From NCBI RefSeq assembly GCF_009914755.1, contig NC_060933.1: 64,000 bases of DNA; one strand, 5' to 3'. The position numbers were made by a program, and so were the translations under genes. This document shows positions 16,491 through 30,392 of this stretch, in pieces; the stretch's first letter is position 1, and every line of letters starts with the position of its first letter. The notes beneath the pieces were generated by a model, which was not told the origin of the DNA, ran no database searches, and was given only the letters and a program-made list of their open reading frames with translations. Origin of the DNA: the human T2T-CHM13v2.0 reference genome, Homo sapiens.

Positions 16491-17227
16491 CTAAAAGGAA
16501 GAAAACTAACGTGAGCAGTTGGAAATTCTGTGAAATACATCCAGTTAATCAAGAAAAAAAACTCTGACTTAAAAAATTTTATACATAAAATTCATAGAAG
16601 TGGGCAAATGGTGTAAGATTTGAATCACAGTTGAATCAAGATTGAAAATTATTTGTTTATTACTTCAATGAATTAGGTTTTTTTAAAACTTTCAATTATC
16701 TTTTCAATCCTGAAATTTATGAGCTTTTCAAATACATTTTTATAGCTAAAAAATCAGCTAAAGAACAGAAACTTTTCCAAGCAGCTTATTACTCAAAAGA
16801 TGAAACAAAAGAAATGACAAATAGAATTAACAAATAGGTACATTCCAGATACCTCTGCAATTTTTGTATTTCTTTTATACCCCCTCCCTTGATATAACAT
16901 GTAATATAAAAATGAGGAGTCAAATAACCAATGTACAAAATATTAAGTTACTCTAGGACCCTGATCTTCACGTGATTTGATTTCATTCATTCAGAATGGG
17001 GCTGCATGTAGGAAGAAAATTCCCACCATCCGAATAGACATTATTTCTCTTAGAATTATTTAATGATAATTAAACTCATTTAATTGAATCCAATGATTCA
17101 AATCAGGTGAGAATAAATAACATATCACAGTTAGCATTAGGTTTGGTTTAAATATAAAAAAGCAAATTTATAAAGACTGGTGATTGAGTTATAATTTTAA
17201 CATAAGTCCAGAAAACCACAGAGGACA

Positions 17228-17532
<305 letters not shown>

Positions 17533-18098
17533 GAACAGCAGAGGACAGTGATTTCTCATAATCAAAGCTAAGGTGAAGAAATATTTAAAGAAAATGACAA
17601 ATGTATAATTTCAAATTTAGATTCCAGAAGCTTGCCAAACATTTGTTAAATTTTCTTACAAGGAAAAAAAACATCATTGGTCAGATTCAAGATTTTTTTT
17701 TCTTTAATGCACAAACATATAAGAAAAACATCTCCTTTATCTTAGGACTGACCAACTGTGCCTGCTTTCTTTATTCTCAACAGTCTATCACATACTCGTA
17801 CTCGTGGCAACAATACTGTGTTAGATTACGAATGCTTGTCTTGGCAAAAGAGAGACAAATTCCCATCTTATTACTCCAAAGTTCTATGTTAGTAGACTAT
17901 AACAGCAACTCAAATTCTGGGCATTTTAGATGTACAGAATTAGAAAAATGATCAAGCGAAGAAGCAAATGTTCTATGAAGAAATTTCTGAGTATCAGTTT
18001 ACACTAAAAGGCCAAAGTCTTAATATTAAACATATTTCCTTTTTCACCTCCCCCTCCCCCCGCTACTGAGCATATTTATATTGACAGGTCACAGACAA

Positions 18099-18421
18099 GG
18101 GGCACGGCGGCTCCACTTTGGGAGGCCAAGGTGGGCGGATCACTTTGAGGCCAGGAGTTTGACACCAACCTGGCCAATGTGGCGAAACCGTCTCTACTAA
18201 AAATACAAAAATTAGCTGGGTGTGGTGGTGCACACCTGTAATCCCAGCTACTCGGAGGGTGAAGCAGGAGAATCGCCTGAACCCAGGAGGCAGAGGTTTC
18301 AGTGAGCCGAGGTCGCACCACCACACTCCAACTTGGGGGACAGAGTGAGATTCTGTCTCAAACCAGAGTGAGATTCTGTCTCAAAAAGATAAAAATAAAT
18401 AAAAATAAAAATAAAAATAAA
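18099..18421 (+). mobile_element. AluS-like with a 5' deletion and a 23-bp 3' duplication
   Basis: cagagtgagattctgtctcaaa at 18341-18362 and 18364-18385. Confidence 0.9.
18236..18375 (-). other. Candidate Alu-derived cassette exon (140 nt, frameshifting) in intron 9
   Basis: tctttttgagacag|AATCTC...GGATTACAG|gtgtgc, the classic antisense-Alu right-arm splice sites. Confidence 0.55.
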
Positions 18422-19469
18422 CCAAATGAATGAAGTTTCCCTCCAAGTTTGTCATCTTCATCTTAGGAAATAGCTTAAAGTTTAATAAAGTTTACACATG
18501 CCAATTTTGTGAATATCAAATTCAACAGTTTGGAAACACAAGCTTCTAAATAAACTGTTTCACTGTGACAGTGTCCTTGAGAATACATGCCATCCAGAGG
18601 TAATTCTGCTTTATACTCAGATTCTTTCCATACTTCCAAAAAAGGATCAATATTAGACCTGTACAACAAATTACACTCTTTTACAGAAAATAATAAAATA
18701 TCCAAGTCTCTCACCAAATTTTCAAAAAAGAGGAAAAGTGTAAGCTTCCAGATGAAAGTTTCTATAGCTTTCCCCAAATTTAGTACCACCATGAAAAAGA
18801 AATTCTTCACTCATTCAAGGCATACGACTAGAAAACTAATTTCCATGGCATCAAATTAATTTCCTCCTTTGGAGATAAAACCATGAGATCTTTTCCAAAG
18901 CATTAAAATCGCCAAGAAAAAAAAAAAAAGAAAAAAAAGACCATTACCAGCATTTTAAAACTGAGTAAGAGAATGAAGTAAACAAAAAAGGGAAAGAAAA
19001 AGCTTCAAAAGTTCATTTTTCTCCTAATTTCTTGAACTCTCTATTCCAGAAGTACCTAATGTTTTTCTTAAAAGAGAGGCTTTCAATTTTTCCCTATGTC
19101 TAAAGGCTGCTTTAAGTAGCCTAAGACCAAGGACAGGAGAGTGAAAATGAAGAGGGTTTTGGCTCTCCAAGGTGGGGGTGGAATTGCAGCTACTGCTTAG
19201 GGATATTTTCCAGTGGTCATCTCTTCAAACTCCAGTGAGTCTCACAAACAGGGTGCACCAGCCAATCCAAGTATCCAGTATCTACAATGCAAACTGTAGA
19301 TACTATCCAAATTGACAGTAGATAGCTCAGTAAATAGCTGAGCAAACTGCAATCATAGCTCAGTCTTGAACTCTGGAAATAAATTTCCAAAAGCCTTCCC
19401 CAGTGGCACTTCAAACTCAAAAACGCTTACAAAACTAATCACATTTTCCAAACCTGCTTCCACCACTAC

Positions 19470-20075
19470 CCGACCTGTTGCTCCTCCTTCCTGTATTTCC
19501 TATACCTCGGAGATTAGCCTCACATTGAATCTACCTCCCAAGAGGCATGTTGCTTTTAAAATCCTTCACTAACTCCTTGCTCCCTACAGAAGAAAATCCA
19601 AACTATGTATCATGGCATTCAAGACCCTTTGTGGTAAGTTCTCTATCTCTTCAGTCATACCACTTTTTCTGTGCTACATAATACCAAGTTTTCTAGCCAT
19701 TCTAAAAAATTCAAAGGTCCCTGGAATACAAAATCTTCCTTATACCTGGAAAGTTATCCCTACCCTACTCCATCTGTAAAAGCCTTATTCATTCTTTAAG
19801 ACTCAGGTCAATGACTGTCTTCTCGGTCAATATTTTCCTGACTCTTTTTCAAGAAAAGTTGAGCAATCATTCCCTCTATTTTCCTATTATTATAGAACTC
19901 TGTGCTTTTAAAATTCTTGTATTAATATTAATATCTATTATGTTGCCTTTTTGTTTGTTTGCTTCTGTTTCCCCCCAATGACTGATCTCCTTAAAGGCAG
20001 AGTTTTTGCCTTATCCATTGCTTATATAGTCCTTAAAATGCTATGAAATGCATAGTAGGCAGTTTGTCAAATTAA
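19470..20075 (+). mobile_element. L2 fragment(s)
   Basis: aaaatccaaactatgtatcatggcattcaagaccc...catagtaggc resembles the L2 3' region; highly diverged. Confidence 0.55.
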
Positions 20076-20377
20076 TTTAACTTATTATTGACCAGCTGTG
20101 TTTTGGTTTTCCTCTGTTCAGTCCACTTACATTTCTAAAAATTAAGAAAAAGTCTAGAGAAGATTAAAATGACACATCTTCTAACCTTTTACTCCTACTT
20201 CTGAAATCTATGTGGTTCACTAGTACTTCCATTTGCTACTAAATCAACTTAAGTCTTACCACTAAGACGATGCTACACACTATTCCTTTTCCTTACTCTT
20301 AACTACTCAAGGTGAGCCTTTTTCTACACATGCTTATAGCAGTTTATTGTCAGTACTTGTCAGCTACAAAATGGTAA

Positions 20378-20759
<382 letters not shown>

Positions 20760-21638
20760 CAAATCTCCAGTTTCTAAACTGGTAAGCTCAAGTTGCTATG
20801 CCTCAAGGAATTTGAGAGAATATTTAATGTAAGATTCAGGACCCAATAGTAAGAATTCTACTCAGGACATCTGATCTTCATTGAAAAGGATTCTAATGCA
20901 ACTTCAGTCCTCATAGCAAGGAAGTACTATTTCAGAAAGTCCCTAGATTCTCAGATGCACTGGCAAGCACCATACACTGAATAATTCACAGAAGATTTTA
21001 GTCACTTGCTCACTCATCCACTTGAAGTAAGAAAAATCAATCACTGCATGTTTATTGTTCTATAATAAAGCAAATGTTAGAAATAAAAGTTAGAAATGTC
21101 AAACACACTAAATTGTTACATAATAAACTAATCAAGACACAACTTTTATTCAGGACATGGATATTTCTGAAATGAAAACAAAAGAAGAGAATTGACTTAA
21201 AATGTTTATAAATACGAATATTATGACAGAACCAAAGCTATTTATGAGCATTATTTTTAAAAGCTTGTTTAAGTATTATGCACTTGTCTGTGTGACATTT
21301 TGTAAAGCGGAGAAAAATTAAGGAGAAAGGAATTGTAGAACACTAACAGGAAGAGGACAGATACTGAGGAATGGCTCATAGTATAAGTGAGATTATCAGA
21401 GACTTTCTACAATGGAATTTGAAATGCAGGGAGCACATTTGGTGTATGGTTGTAGAGGACTTACACTAAGGGCATTCTTCTGCTACCTCTGCCAGCAGAT
21501 GAGTGGCTCCTGAGAATGCATACCAAATTAATTCCCCAGCTGTTCACATGCATATAAGCAGCTGCTGCTGTTACTGCCTAACACTTATGGCAGTCTGGCA
21601 GCACCTCTAATCTCTGCCATAGCAGACAAGCCACTCAC

Positions 21639-21761
21639 CTAAGGCCTCTGCTGTACTTCCAAAGAAAGAATTTCTCCAGTAGAGACTGAGTGGAACTAGA
21701 CTGCCAGCTGTGAGCCTCAGAGCTCCTGGCTGCCTGTTGCTGAGTCTATTAGCTGCTGAGC
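21639..21761 (-). other. Candidate poison cassette exon (123 nt) in intron 9
   Basis: Long poly-U tract then ggtgagaaag|GCTCAGCAGCTAA...GCCTTAG|gtgagt (consensus donor). After exon 9 it reads R-L-S-S-stop. Confidence 0.75.
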
Positions 21762-22368
21762 CTTTCTCACCAAAAAAAAAAAAAAAAAAAAAAAAAATGA
21801 GCTTAATAAAATAACCCTGCACAGAAATTTTCTGAAATTAAGATAACATTCAATGGAAAACAGAATTTAATCTACAGAAATACACTTCACAGATGTTTTA
21901 GGAACAGAACCTAGAGAAAATGAAAGTCAAAATTTAATAAAAGAATTTGTCAGGAACTTCAAGGTAAAGACTCCATGTATTTTTTGGCAACTATAAAACA
22001 CTAAGAAGGCTTTTTAAATATTAAAAAGCCATTTAAACACTTCAAATTAAGATTCCTCAATATACTTCAGATTTCTGTACTGAGTTACCCTCTCGAGTGT
22101 TTGGAAGTCTTTTCTTCCTCATTAAGCAAACACTTACACAGTGTTATCATGGCTTTGTATTCTTAGTTTTGAAGACAGGCAAATGTACTAGCCAAATATG
22201 CCAAACTAACTTATTAAGAGCATTCCAAACAACATTTTGGATCCAATTCTTTTTAAATGCACTTAGATCTTTCTTATATTAGAATCAAGCATATTTGTCA
22301 ATTATTTAATGTTTATTATTAATAACTAAAATGATTTGTTATTAATAGGAATAGCTTTTTTAAAGTAC

Positions 22369-22413
22369 CTTGATCTTTGTGTTTCTAAGATTTGTCCTAG
22401 TCCATTTATGGAT
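22369..22413 (-). CDS. ZNG1A: ZNG1/CBWD coding exon 9 (R|SINGLGQILETQRS)
   Basis: atttcag|ATCC...TCAAG|gtactt; 45 nt; phase 2/2. Confidence 0.95.
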
Positions 22414-23729
22414 CTGAAATAAATAATAAATGAGGAAGACAAAGTTTAAAAGTAAAAATTAACTTTTTAAAAAAGTATACAAAGTATATTGTTTCTAAAA
22501 CAGGAAATAAGCATACCCAAATACATCTGGAACCAGAAAAAAATTAAAAACAGAAAAACAAAACTTGCTTTAAAAAATAATTGTGATTTTCCTTCAAACA
22601 ATAAATCACATATATTCCACTCATACATTAATAAAACATATATGCAAAAATTCGCACAACTGTCAGATTAAGGGCTACTTTGTGGTTAATAAAAAGACAC
22701 TTCACTTTAGAAAAAATCATTCATAAATAGTCAGTTATCCTAGTGTTCTTAAAAATGAGTAGATACTCAAAATTTTTACGGTGGTCACTTTTTTCCTCAG
22801 GCATACATGGTAGAAATGGCTATATACACACTAAAAATAAAAACCTAGTTGCAAGTTGCTTTGCCCCCAGCCTGTCCTTAGTATTCACAGTAATTCTAAG
22901 TCACACATCCCAGGTTCCTTTATAGAATAACCTCGTCAGTTCCCTAATTAGGCTCTCTACCCGTTATGCCTGTTCTCCCTCTTTTGATACTATAGAATAT
23001 GGCTTCGTATGGCACCAAAAAGTACCTGTTAAATTCTTTTCAACACACTGTACACCTCATCTATTTATCTTTTCCATTGCCTATCATCAATCATCAATTC
23101 TCTATCATGAATTCAATTGTCTTTAGGGTTACTTACCCAAGATTCTTGCTACTTGTTCAAGTTTGTTCTCATGGGTAAGGCTTCCCACATATAATGATTC
23201 TGAGGCAAGTCTCTCCACTATTTTACAAAATTCTTAAATCTTCTTTTTTGAATACACTCTAGTCTGATGGCTAATTCCTCTCAAACATGTTTACCTTTTT
23301 TCACCTCCCCAAATATCATTCTGAGTCAGTCACAAGTCTGATATAAAGGGAGGGTAAAAGCCAAAAGGGTGTGTAATTTATCAAATTGCTTCTTCCAAAT
23401 TCATTTCTAGTACTGTTAACAAGCTGGCTAATAGTCAATATTGTCAGTGTCAGAGATTTAGCTTAGGTCTCTATAAGGATATAAAAGTCAAGTAATAATT
23501 ATCATTCCTTTTATGCCAAAAACATTTGCTAAATAGATTGTGTTCTTCTTAGCAATCACAATGGTGCACAAGATTTATGAAGAGAAACAAGATTAGAAGA
23601 CCAGTGTCAAAAAATGTAAAAGCAATCTTCATTCATCACTTTCTCCTTTTCAAAATCAGCCATCTTTTTCTTTCTTCCCTTTTTTACTATACCTTGAACT
23701 TACTATGTAAGCTAAGAAAAAAATTACAT

Positions 23730-23940
23730 AATAATAGCTAACAGAGCACTTACTATGTGTCAGCACTGTGCAAAGTTTACCAACATTGTCTCATGTAATA
23801 CTCAAAGCAAACTTATGATAGGCATTATGCCTTTTACAGAGGAGGCTTTAAAAGGGTAAATAAGCTCCCTAAGAAGACAATGAGAAACAGACCAAGGATT
23901 AGAACCCAAGCAGATTCCAAGGTCTGTGATCTTCAACACT
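23730..23940 (-). mobile_element. MIR
   Basis: aataatagctaacagagcacttactatgtgtcagcactgtg...ttttacagaggagg core. Confidence 0.7.
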
Positions 23941-25042
23941 ACGCAACAATACCTACCCTCCACGTGGAGACATTATATTTTTTTATAGTAAAGTTTAAGG
24001 ACATTACTATTAAAATAAGATGAAATATGTGGAAAAAATATGAATTTCTTTCTTCCACAATCATTAATCATGGCAAATAATCTCCTAATGAGCCTTACCT
24101 TTATTGATTCAATTTATAATATATACTATATGAACTGAGATGACAGATTCAAAATCTAATGTCAGTAGAACTTATAAATACTAAGAATAGTAATTTTGAG
24201 CCATCACGCTCAAAGCATTGTACACATTAAAGATAACCAATACTAATAGCTACCGAATGTCTCTCTGTATAGGGCTTTTATTAGTTCAGGTCTTACAAAA
24301 TAATTCAAAACAAAGCCCCTGAACTATAACCTCATTTGAAAAGCCCATCTTTGTTTTCAAAAGGAATGGGAGTCTCCAGAACAGACAGCAAAATGACTGT
24401 TAGCACATATTTGAGCATCATTCATATTGTCCTGATTGTCCTATGCTGATCAGCCTTGGCTATGGACAAAGAAGATATTAAAGCAAGCTGGAAGACAAGG
24501 CATGGTTGACAGTTAAGGAAGATGAAGTCAACAAGAGTTCAGGGAAAACTGAGACCACTTGAGTCAGGGAAGACTTCACATAGGAAGGGGGGAGAGACAG
24601 AATAGGCTCTATAGAATAAATTAAAAAAAAAAAAGCAGAACAAGAAAGAACTCAGGGATTGGCAGAGTGAGAATACATTACGAGTAAAGACAGGAACTGA
24701 CAGGATGCATCCATGGGAAAGTGAATTAACCATCCTGGGTAAAGTTAGGGAAGACTGACATTAGGAAAGAGTCAAAGAGAAGACAGGAAAAGAAAGATGG
24801 AGTGCGAAGACCCTGAATATCAGTCTATTAACTGTGAACTATATTCTGCAAGCACTGGGGACTAATTTTATGTATTACCATTTATATAACAATTAGCCAT
24901 CAACAATATATGTGATTCCCTAACGTTCTTGAAGCAGCTCAACCTTATACCTTAAGTTTCTACAGGGCAACAATCAGAGTAAAAAATATTCTGTGTATAC
25001 AACATGGATCTGTAGGCACTTAACACACTTATCATTTCGTAC

Positions 25043-25129
25043 CTAATTGTCGTTCTTAATTTCTTTACATCTTCTTCTGGAACCAGGTCTGTTTTATTAA
25101 TGAGAATGGCATCTGCCAAAGCAACTTGC
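25043..25129 (-). CDS. ZNG1A: ZNG1/CBWD coding exon 8 (R|[28 protein letters not shown]), G4 NKxD motif
   Basis: ttttag|GCAAG...ATTAG|gtacga; 87 nt; phase 2/2. Confidence 0.96.
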
Positions 25130-25639
25130 CTAAAATAGCAAACAGAGAAATGTTAAGAAACTTTAAATAATATACACGCATGCAGATTAATACATCAAAA
25201 GAGGAATGTTAACAAATCAAAAATAAATAAAAACGCCTCATGTAGATCAATATATCAGTTAAGAATGATCTAGTGCTCTATAGGAGTGACTCAGTTTACT
25301 CCTAATCCGCTAATTTTTCAATGTGGATGAATTGTGTTCATTACTATGCAAGTTCAGATTTCACATTACCCATTCGCAAAGTATTTACTAAGTTCTGTTA
25401 CTTGCTACTCTTGTGCTACAAAGATAAGTCTCAAAAAGTTTACAATCAAAAGGATGATTTTAAACTCATAATTTTCTTTGTGAAGAAAAGCATAAAATTC
25501 AGATATCCAATATGGTAAAAAGAAGAAGAGTTTACCTACTAAAATACTGTAATATTTACCAAAATTTTCAAAGAAATAGAATAACTTCACTTAATACTAA
25601 AAACTGTATTAAACAGGTTTTTTAAAACTATACTTCAGA

Positions 25640-25765
25640 GCTGGGCATGGTAGAGCACACCTGTAGTCCTGGCTACTTAGGAGGCTGAGGAGGGAGGATC
25701 CCTTAAGCCCAGGAGTTCAAGTCCAACCTGGGCAACATAGCAAGACTCCATTTCTTAAAAAAAAA
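25640..25765 (+). mobile_element. Alu monomer (FLAM-like)
   Basis: Single arm plus A-tail; ctatacttcaga on both flanks. Confidence 0.8.
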
Positions 25766-26155
25766 TAAGCTATACTTCAGAAGATATATCAGGATATTGC
25801 CCAAATGTCTTCTTTATCACTATAAATATACTGTATATTATCTCTGTAAAGAATCCAGTTGACTGAATGCTAGATAACAAAGTAGATGATAATAATCAGA
25901 AGCTCTATTTTCTATTAGCAGGATAGTAAAACTGGAAATTCTTTCAATTTTCCTCAATTATTCAGGGTCTTATGCTTTATCTCAAAGAATACAACTAAAT
26001 TCTCAAAACTAAATTCACTTTAGTTCACTGAAAGAGCAGGTTTCAACAGTATGTACATCACAAATCCAATTTGGCTATTTTCTATTTGGCTTATTTATAT
26101 TTTCTATAATAACCATATTTTCATAAGGAAAACAGTTACAAAAATACTTAAGTTC

Positions 26156-26500
<345 letters not shown>

Positions 26501-26812
26501 ATAAAATCTTCAATCCCAAAGAAATTGTATAACAAGAAAATATTTTTAAATGTTAATATTTCCCGAGTTCCTCAAAATTACAGAACTCCTGTGTTCAGCA
26601 TTCACTTTATGCTACGACAAAAATGACTTTAAGTAAAAGTTTAGTTATCAGATCATTATAAATAGATAGCAATAATTCAACTAAGGGAAAAAAAGAAAAT
26701 AAATTTTCCTTGACAATGTTTTAAAATTTCTTAGTTTGTTTTTGGTTTTCATCTTAGTGATTTTTCTCTTTACAATTAGCCAGCAATCAATATATACTTT
26801 AAATATGAATAC

Positions 26813-26859
26813 CTAGTAGCTTCATTGATAAGGCCATCAGGTTTCTCTTCTGTTAAATG
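26813..26859 (-). CDS. ZNG1A: ZNG1/CBWD coding exon 7 (HLTEEKPDGLINEAT)
   Basis: tttgtttag|CATTTA...ACTAG|gtattc; 47 nt; phase 0/2. Confidence 0.95.
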
Positions 26860-29619
26860 CTAAACAAAAAAAAGTTGGAATAAAGTTACTATAATACAAT
26901 AAAAAATCTAATGTCAACACAAAGGATTTTACTTTAGAGACATTTTCTTGCATCTAATAAAAACTTCAACATGTTCTCTTACTGAATACACAAATCCAAA
27001 ACTAACTTTTCTAGCTAAAAGCATTTTTCTTCCCCATTTGCAATTTTTTTCTACAAGTGAACCTGTGGGGTTTTATAGGGGGAGGAAGAGGGCTTAGGAT
27101 TTCATACTCCTGACCTTTTCTTTTACTTAAAAGGAAAACCCCTTTGATTCACATAATGTCATAAAAACATAGAAGATTACAGTTCAGATTTTAGGTATTT
27201 TCCTTCTTAAAAAACTGTTCTGGTTCTAAATATTCATTATTACTTATTTTTAAAAAAGGATAACCACTGAAATATAGTTTCTTAGAATCTAATATACTTC
27301 CCTTCACACCAAACCCCCATATTAGAATCTAAAATACTTCCCTACACCCCAGCCCACAATCATGCACCACGTGAACTCAGTACTAGGCCTTTCAAACACC
27401 CTAGAAACAAATAAGTGGTGGGAAGGCTGATTCAGCCCTGATTCTAGCCTAAAAGCAGTTTATCATTTAGAAACCCATACTTGCTAATCTGGCCTCTCAG
27501 TGCAACTGTTTATTTTACTGACCTCTCCAGAGTCAGGCTAACTCCAAAAAATATTTTGACACTGACTTAGAGCCCAAGTGGTAGTTTTCATCTCTCTGGA
27601 GGCAAGCTTTGTTGTCTGTTTTTTTTTTTTTCCCCCTCATAATCCTGTTTACATCCCTAACGTCATCAACATCACAAGCTTCTTCTCTGGGAAATTACAC
27701 TTTTACCCTCATTACCTCAAACCTCAATAGAGGTTCCCTGTCACAATAAAAAGCTGGCTACTGAGGTTTAGAGGCAACTAGATTATAGTAATACTCTCTA
27801 TTTGAAGCCAACTTTACAAATGAATTAAATCCTTGAACCTAACTTTATAAATTATATACATTTTTCTCATTTAGCTTTCATAATAATTATGGGAGATGGC
27901 TATTTTCATTTATAAAGGAAGAAACTAAATCTAACACCCTCATCATCACAGGATACTATATTTTATATACAATCACAGGGACTTTTTTTTTTTAATTGAA
28001 CACACACCCATCAAGTAAAATGACATAATTTTAAAGTCTTTGTGAAATCTTTTATGCCACATAAAATCAGTCTCTGTACAATGCTACACAAATGTCAATA
28101 ATCATATATCAGAGCCAAACCAGTTTCATAATTCATGGGGAGATGATCATTAGGGGTATCTGAATAGTTTGGAACCTCAGAGCAAGCAGGTAATAATTTT
28201 ATTTAACAAGCTTGATGAGGTCTATAGAAGAAACATTTTTTCCTTCTAAAAGTTCAGCAAATTCTATTTTGAGGAAAACAAAACTGAAATAAAATCATGG
28301 CAATGATACTTCTACTTCAGGCAAAATCTTGTTCAATTCAACTGCAGACCCACTCTGCAATTATGGAAGTCACAGAACTTGACCAGTATTGTATCAAAAA
28401 TCATTCCATGCCAAAAGACCAAGTTTAATATTTTTTTCATAATTCATCTTGGCCTGAGGCTACAACAAGTCCTATTGTTATATACTCTGCCTCTAGAGAA
28501 TGAGGCTGCTAACAGACCTTGGAATGGTGCCTGGCACACAGGCTCAAGAAATATTTGTTGAATGAATTGTAATTAACACCTCCTGTTGTGGGGATACATA
28601 AAAGATGTTACATGAAAAATGCCATCTAACATGCAGCAACGTATCTCTTCCCATTAAGCAGTAAACCTACTTAACAATGATATATTTTTGGCAAGGCATC
28701 TGCCTCTGAATGATCCTATAGTACTGAAAATTCTTTTTAAACTGAAATATTTTTCAAGATATTATATTATTGACCTTATGAAAGCTTTTTTAACGTATGA
28801 AATTGCGGTTATTTGGCTATGAGTTTGTGAGGCATAAAAATGATATGACAGAAGAATTACAGATTTGTTTTTGCATTTCCATGCCTAAAGGTAACTAATA
28901 CAATGTTAGTTTCACAAGGTAATGTGCAATGTTTTAAATGCATTTACCTCTCCAAAATATTAGAATTCTTCACTCAAAGCTAACAGTGGTAGACTAACGT
29001 TTTACTACTTCCAGGCAGTCAGAAAGTATCAAATATAAAAATAAATGAAAATCACCCCAAATGAGAGCCTGCCAATATTTACAGCTGTATTAAAATTATA
29101 TGTAATCATATACCATTATAGCAGAAGAGATAAATGTCCTCTTCTATGCCCATAGGAAAGCCATACAAACATTTAAAAAATAAGTGCATATTAACATTTA
29201 TTTTCTTTAGATATCAGCCCTGCACTTCCCTCATGTGACTTCCTACCTTCCCAAGTCAAACTCTGCAAAAAGTATAAAATCAATGTCTTGTATTCAAAAG
29301 AACATTCTCCAATAATACATTCTATACCATTTGGTCATTAAGTCAGATGACTTTCATTTATAAAATAAAACAAAATGGAAATTTTGGCATTCTATTCCAC
29401 CTGTATAAGTAAATGAAGAAAAAATTTTTGCAAAATATTTTTTAAATATTTTATATTACATAGATGTCCAAAGTATTCCTTATCTCTGCTTAACAACTAT
29501 GGCTTTTGCTTATATATCAAAAAAGACAAAAATAATTTTGATACTAATTAATCCAACATATTCAAAAGGCTAAGGATCAAAACCCCAATTTAACTTACCA
29601 CAAGAAACAAAGGAAATTA

Positions 29620-29900
29620 AAGGGGAGTGGTGTGAGATGTTGGTCAAAGCATACAAAGTTTGTTATACAAGATGCATAAGTCATGGAGAGCTAATTACAG
29701 CATGATGACTGTAGTTAATTCTATTGTATACTTGAATCTGCTAAAACATAGATCTTAACTGTTCTTACCACCCCCTCTCAAAAAAATAGCAATGTGAGGT
29801 GATGGATAGGTTAACTAGCTCGATTGTTTTATAATGTAATTCACACATTGTATACCTTAAATATATATAATTTTTACTTGTCAATTATACCTCAATAAAG
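29620..29900 (+). mobile_element. L1MA-like 3' end
   Basis: gagatgttggtcaaagcatacaaagtt...tgtcaattatacctcaataaagctgg. Confidence 0.75.
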
Positions 29901-30332
29901 CTGGGGGGGTTAGGGAGAGAAACAAAGGAACTCTCTGAAATAACACCACTGTAGACCTAACTTCATGAAGGGCTATAGGGTGTCCTTTTCTGCAGAAATA
30001 AAGAAAGAAGCCGGACCGAAAAAAGAGAAAGAAAGAAAAGAAAAAACTATCTTAAAACCCACTGGCTATGAAAGAACACTGCTGTTGACCAGAGTGGAAA
30101 TAAATCTAGTGTCAAAGATGTCTGGTGTCATTTTTAAAAAGCAGCAGCAGGAACTATTTCTTTTAAATGGATTGGTTACAGATGTAACACTATTTTAGTT
30201 TTTAAAAAATTATTGCATAATGTCAGTCTATTTATTGTTCTGGCCTTTTCCAAGCTAACTGTTTTCTGACTGAATTGTTTCAACAGATTGTGCAATATAA
30301 CAGAGGAACCAAGAAGAAACCTCTCACTTGAC

Positions 30333-30392
30333 CTTCTCTGGGTAACTTCATTCATTGCTTCTATTGCATTAAATGCTGTCACATTTGTGGAA
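30333..30392 (-). other. Candidate poison cassette exon (60 nt) in intron 6
   Basis: Branch-like tactgac, then ttgttcttttcag|TTCCAC...GAGAAG|gtcaag. In phase 0 it reads FHKCDSI-stop. Confidence 0.55.
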
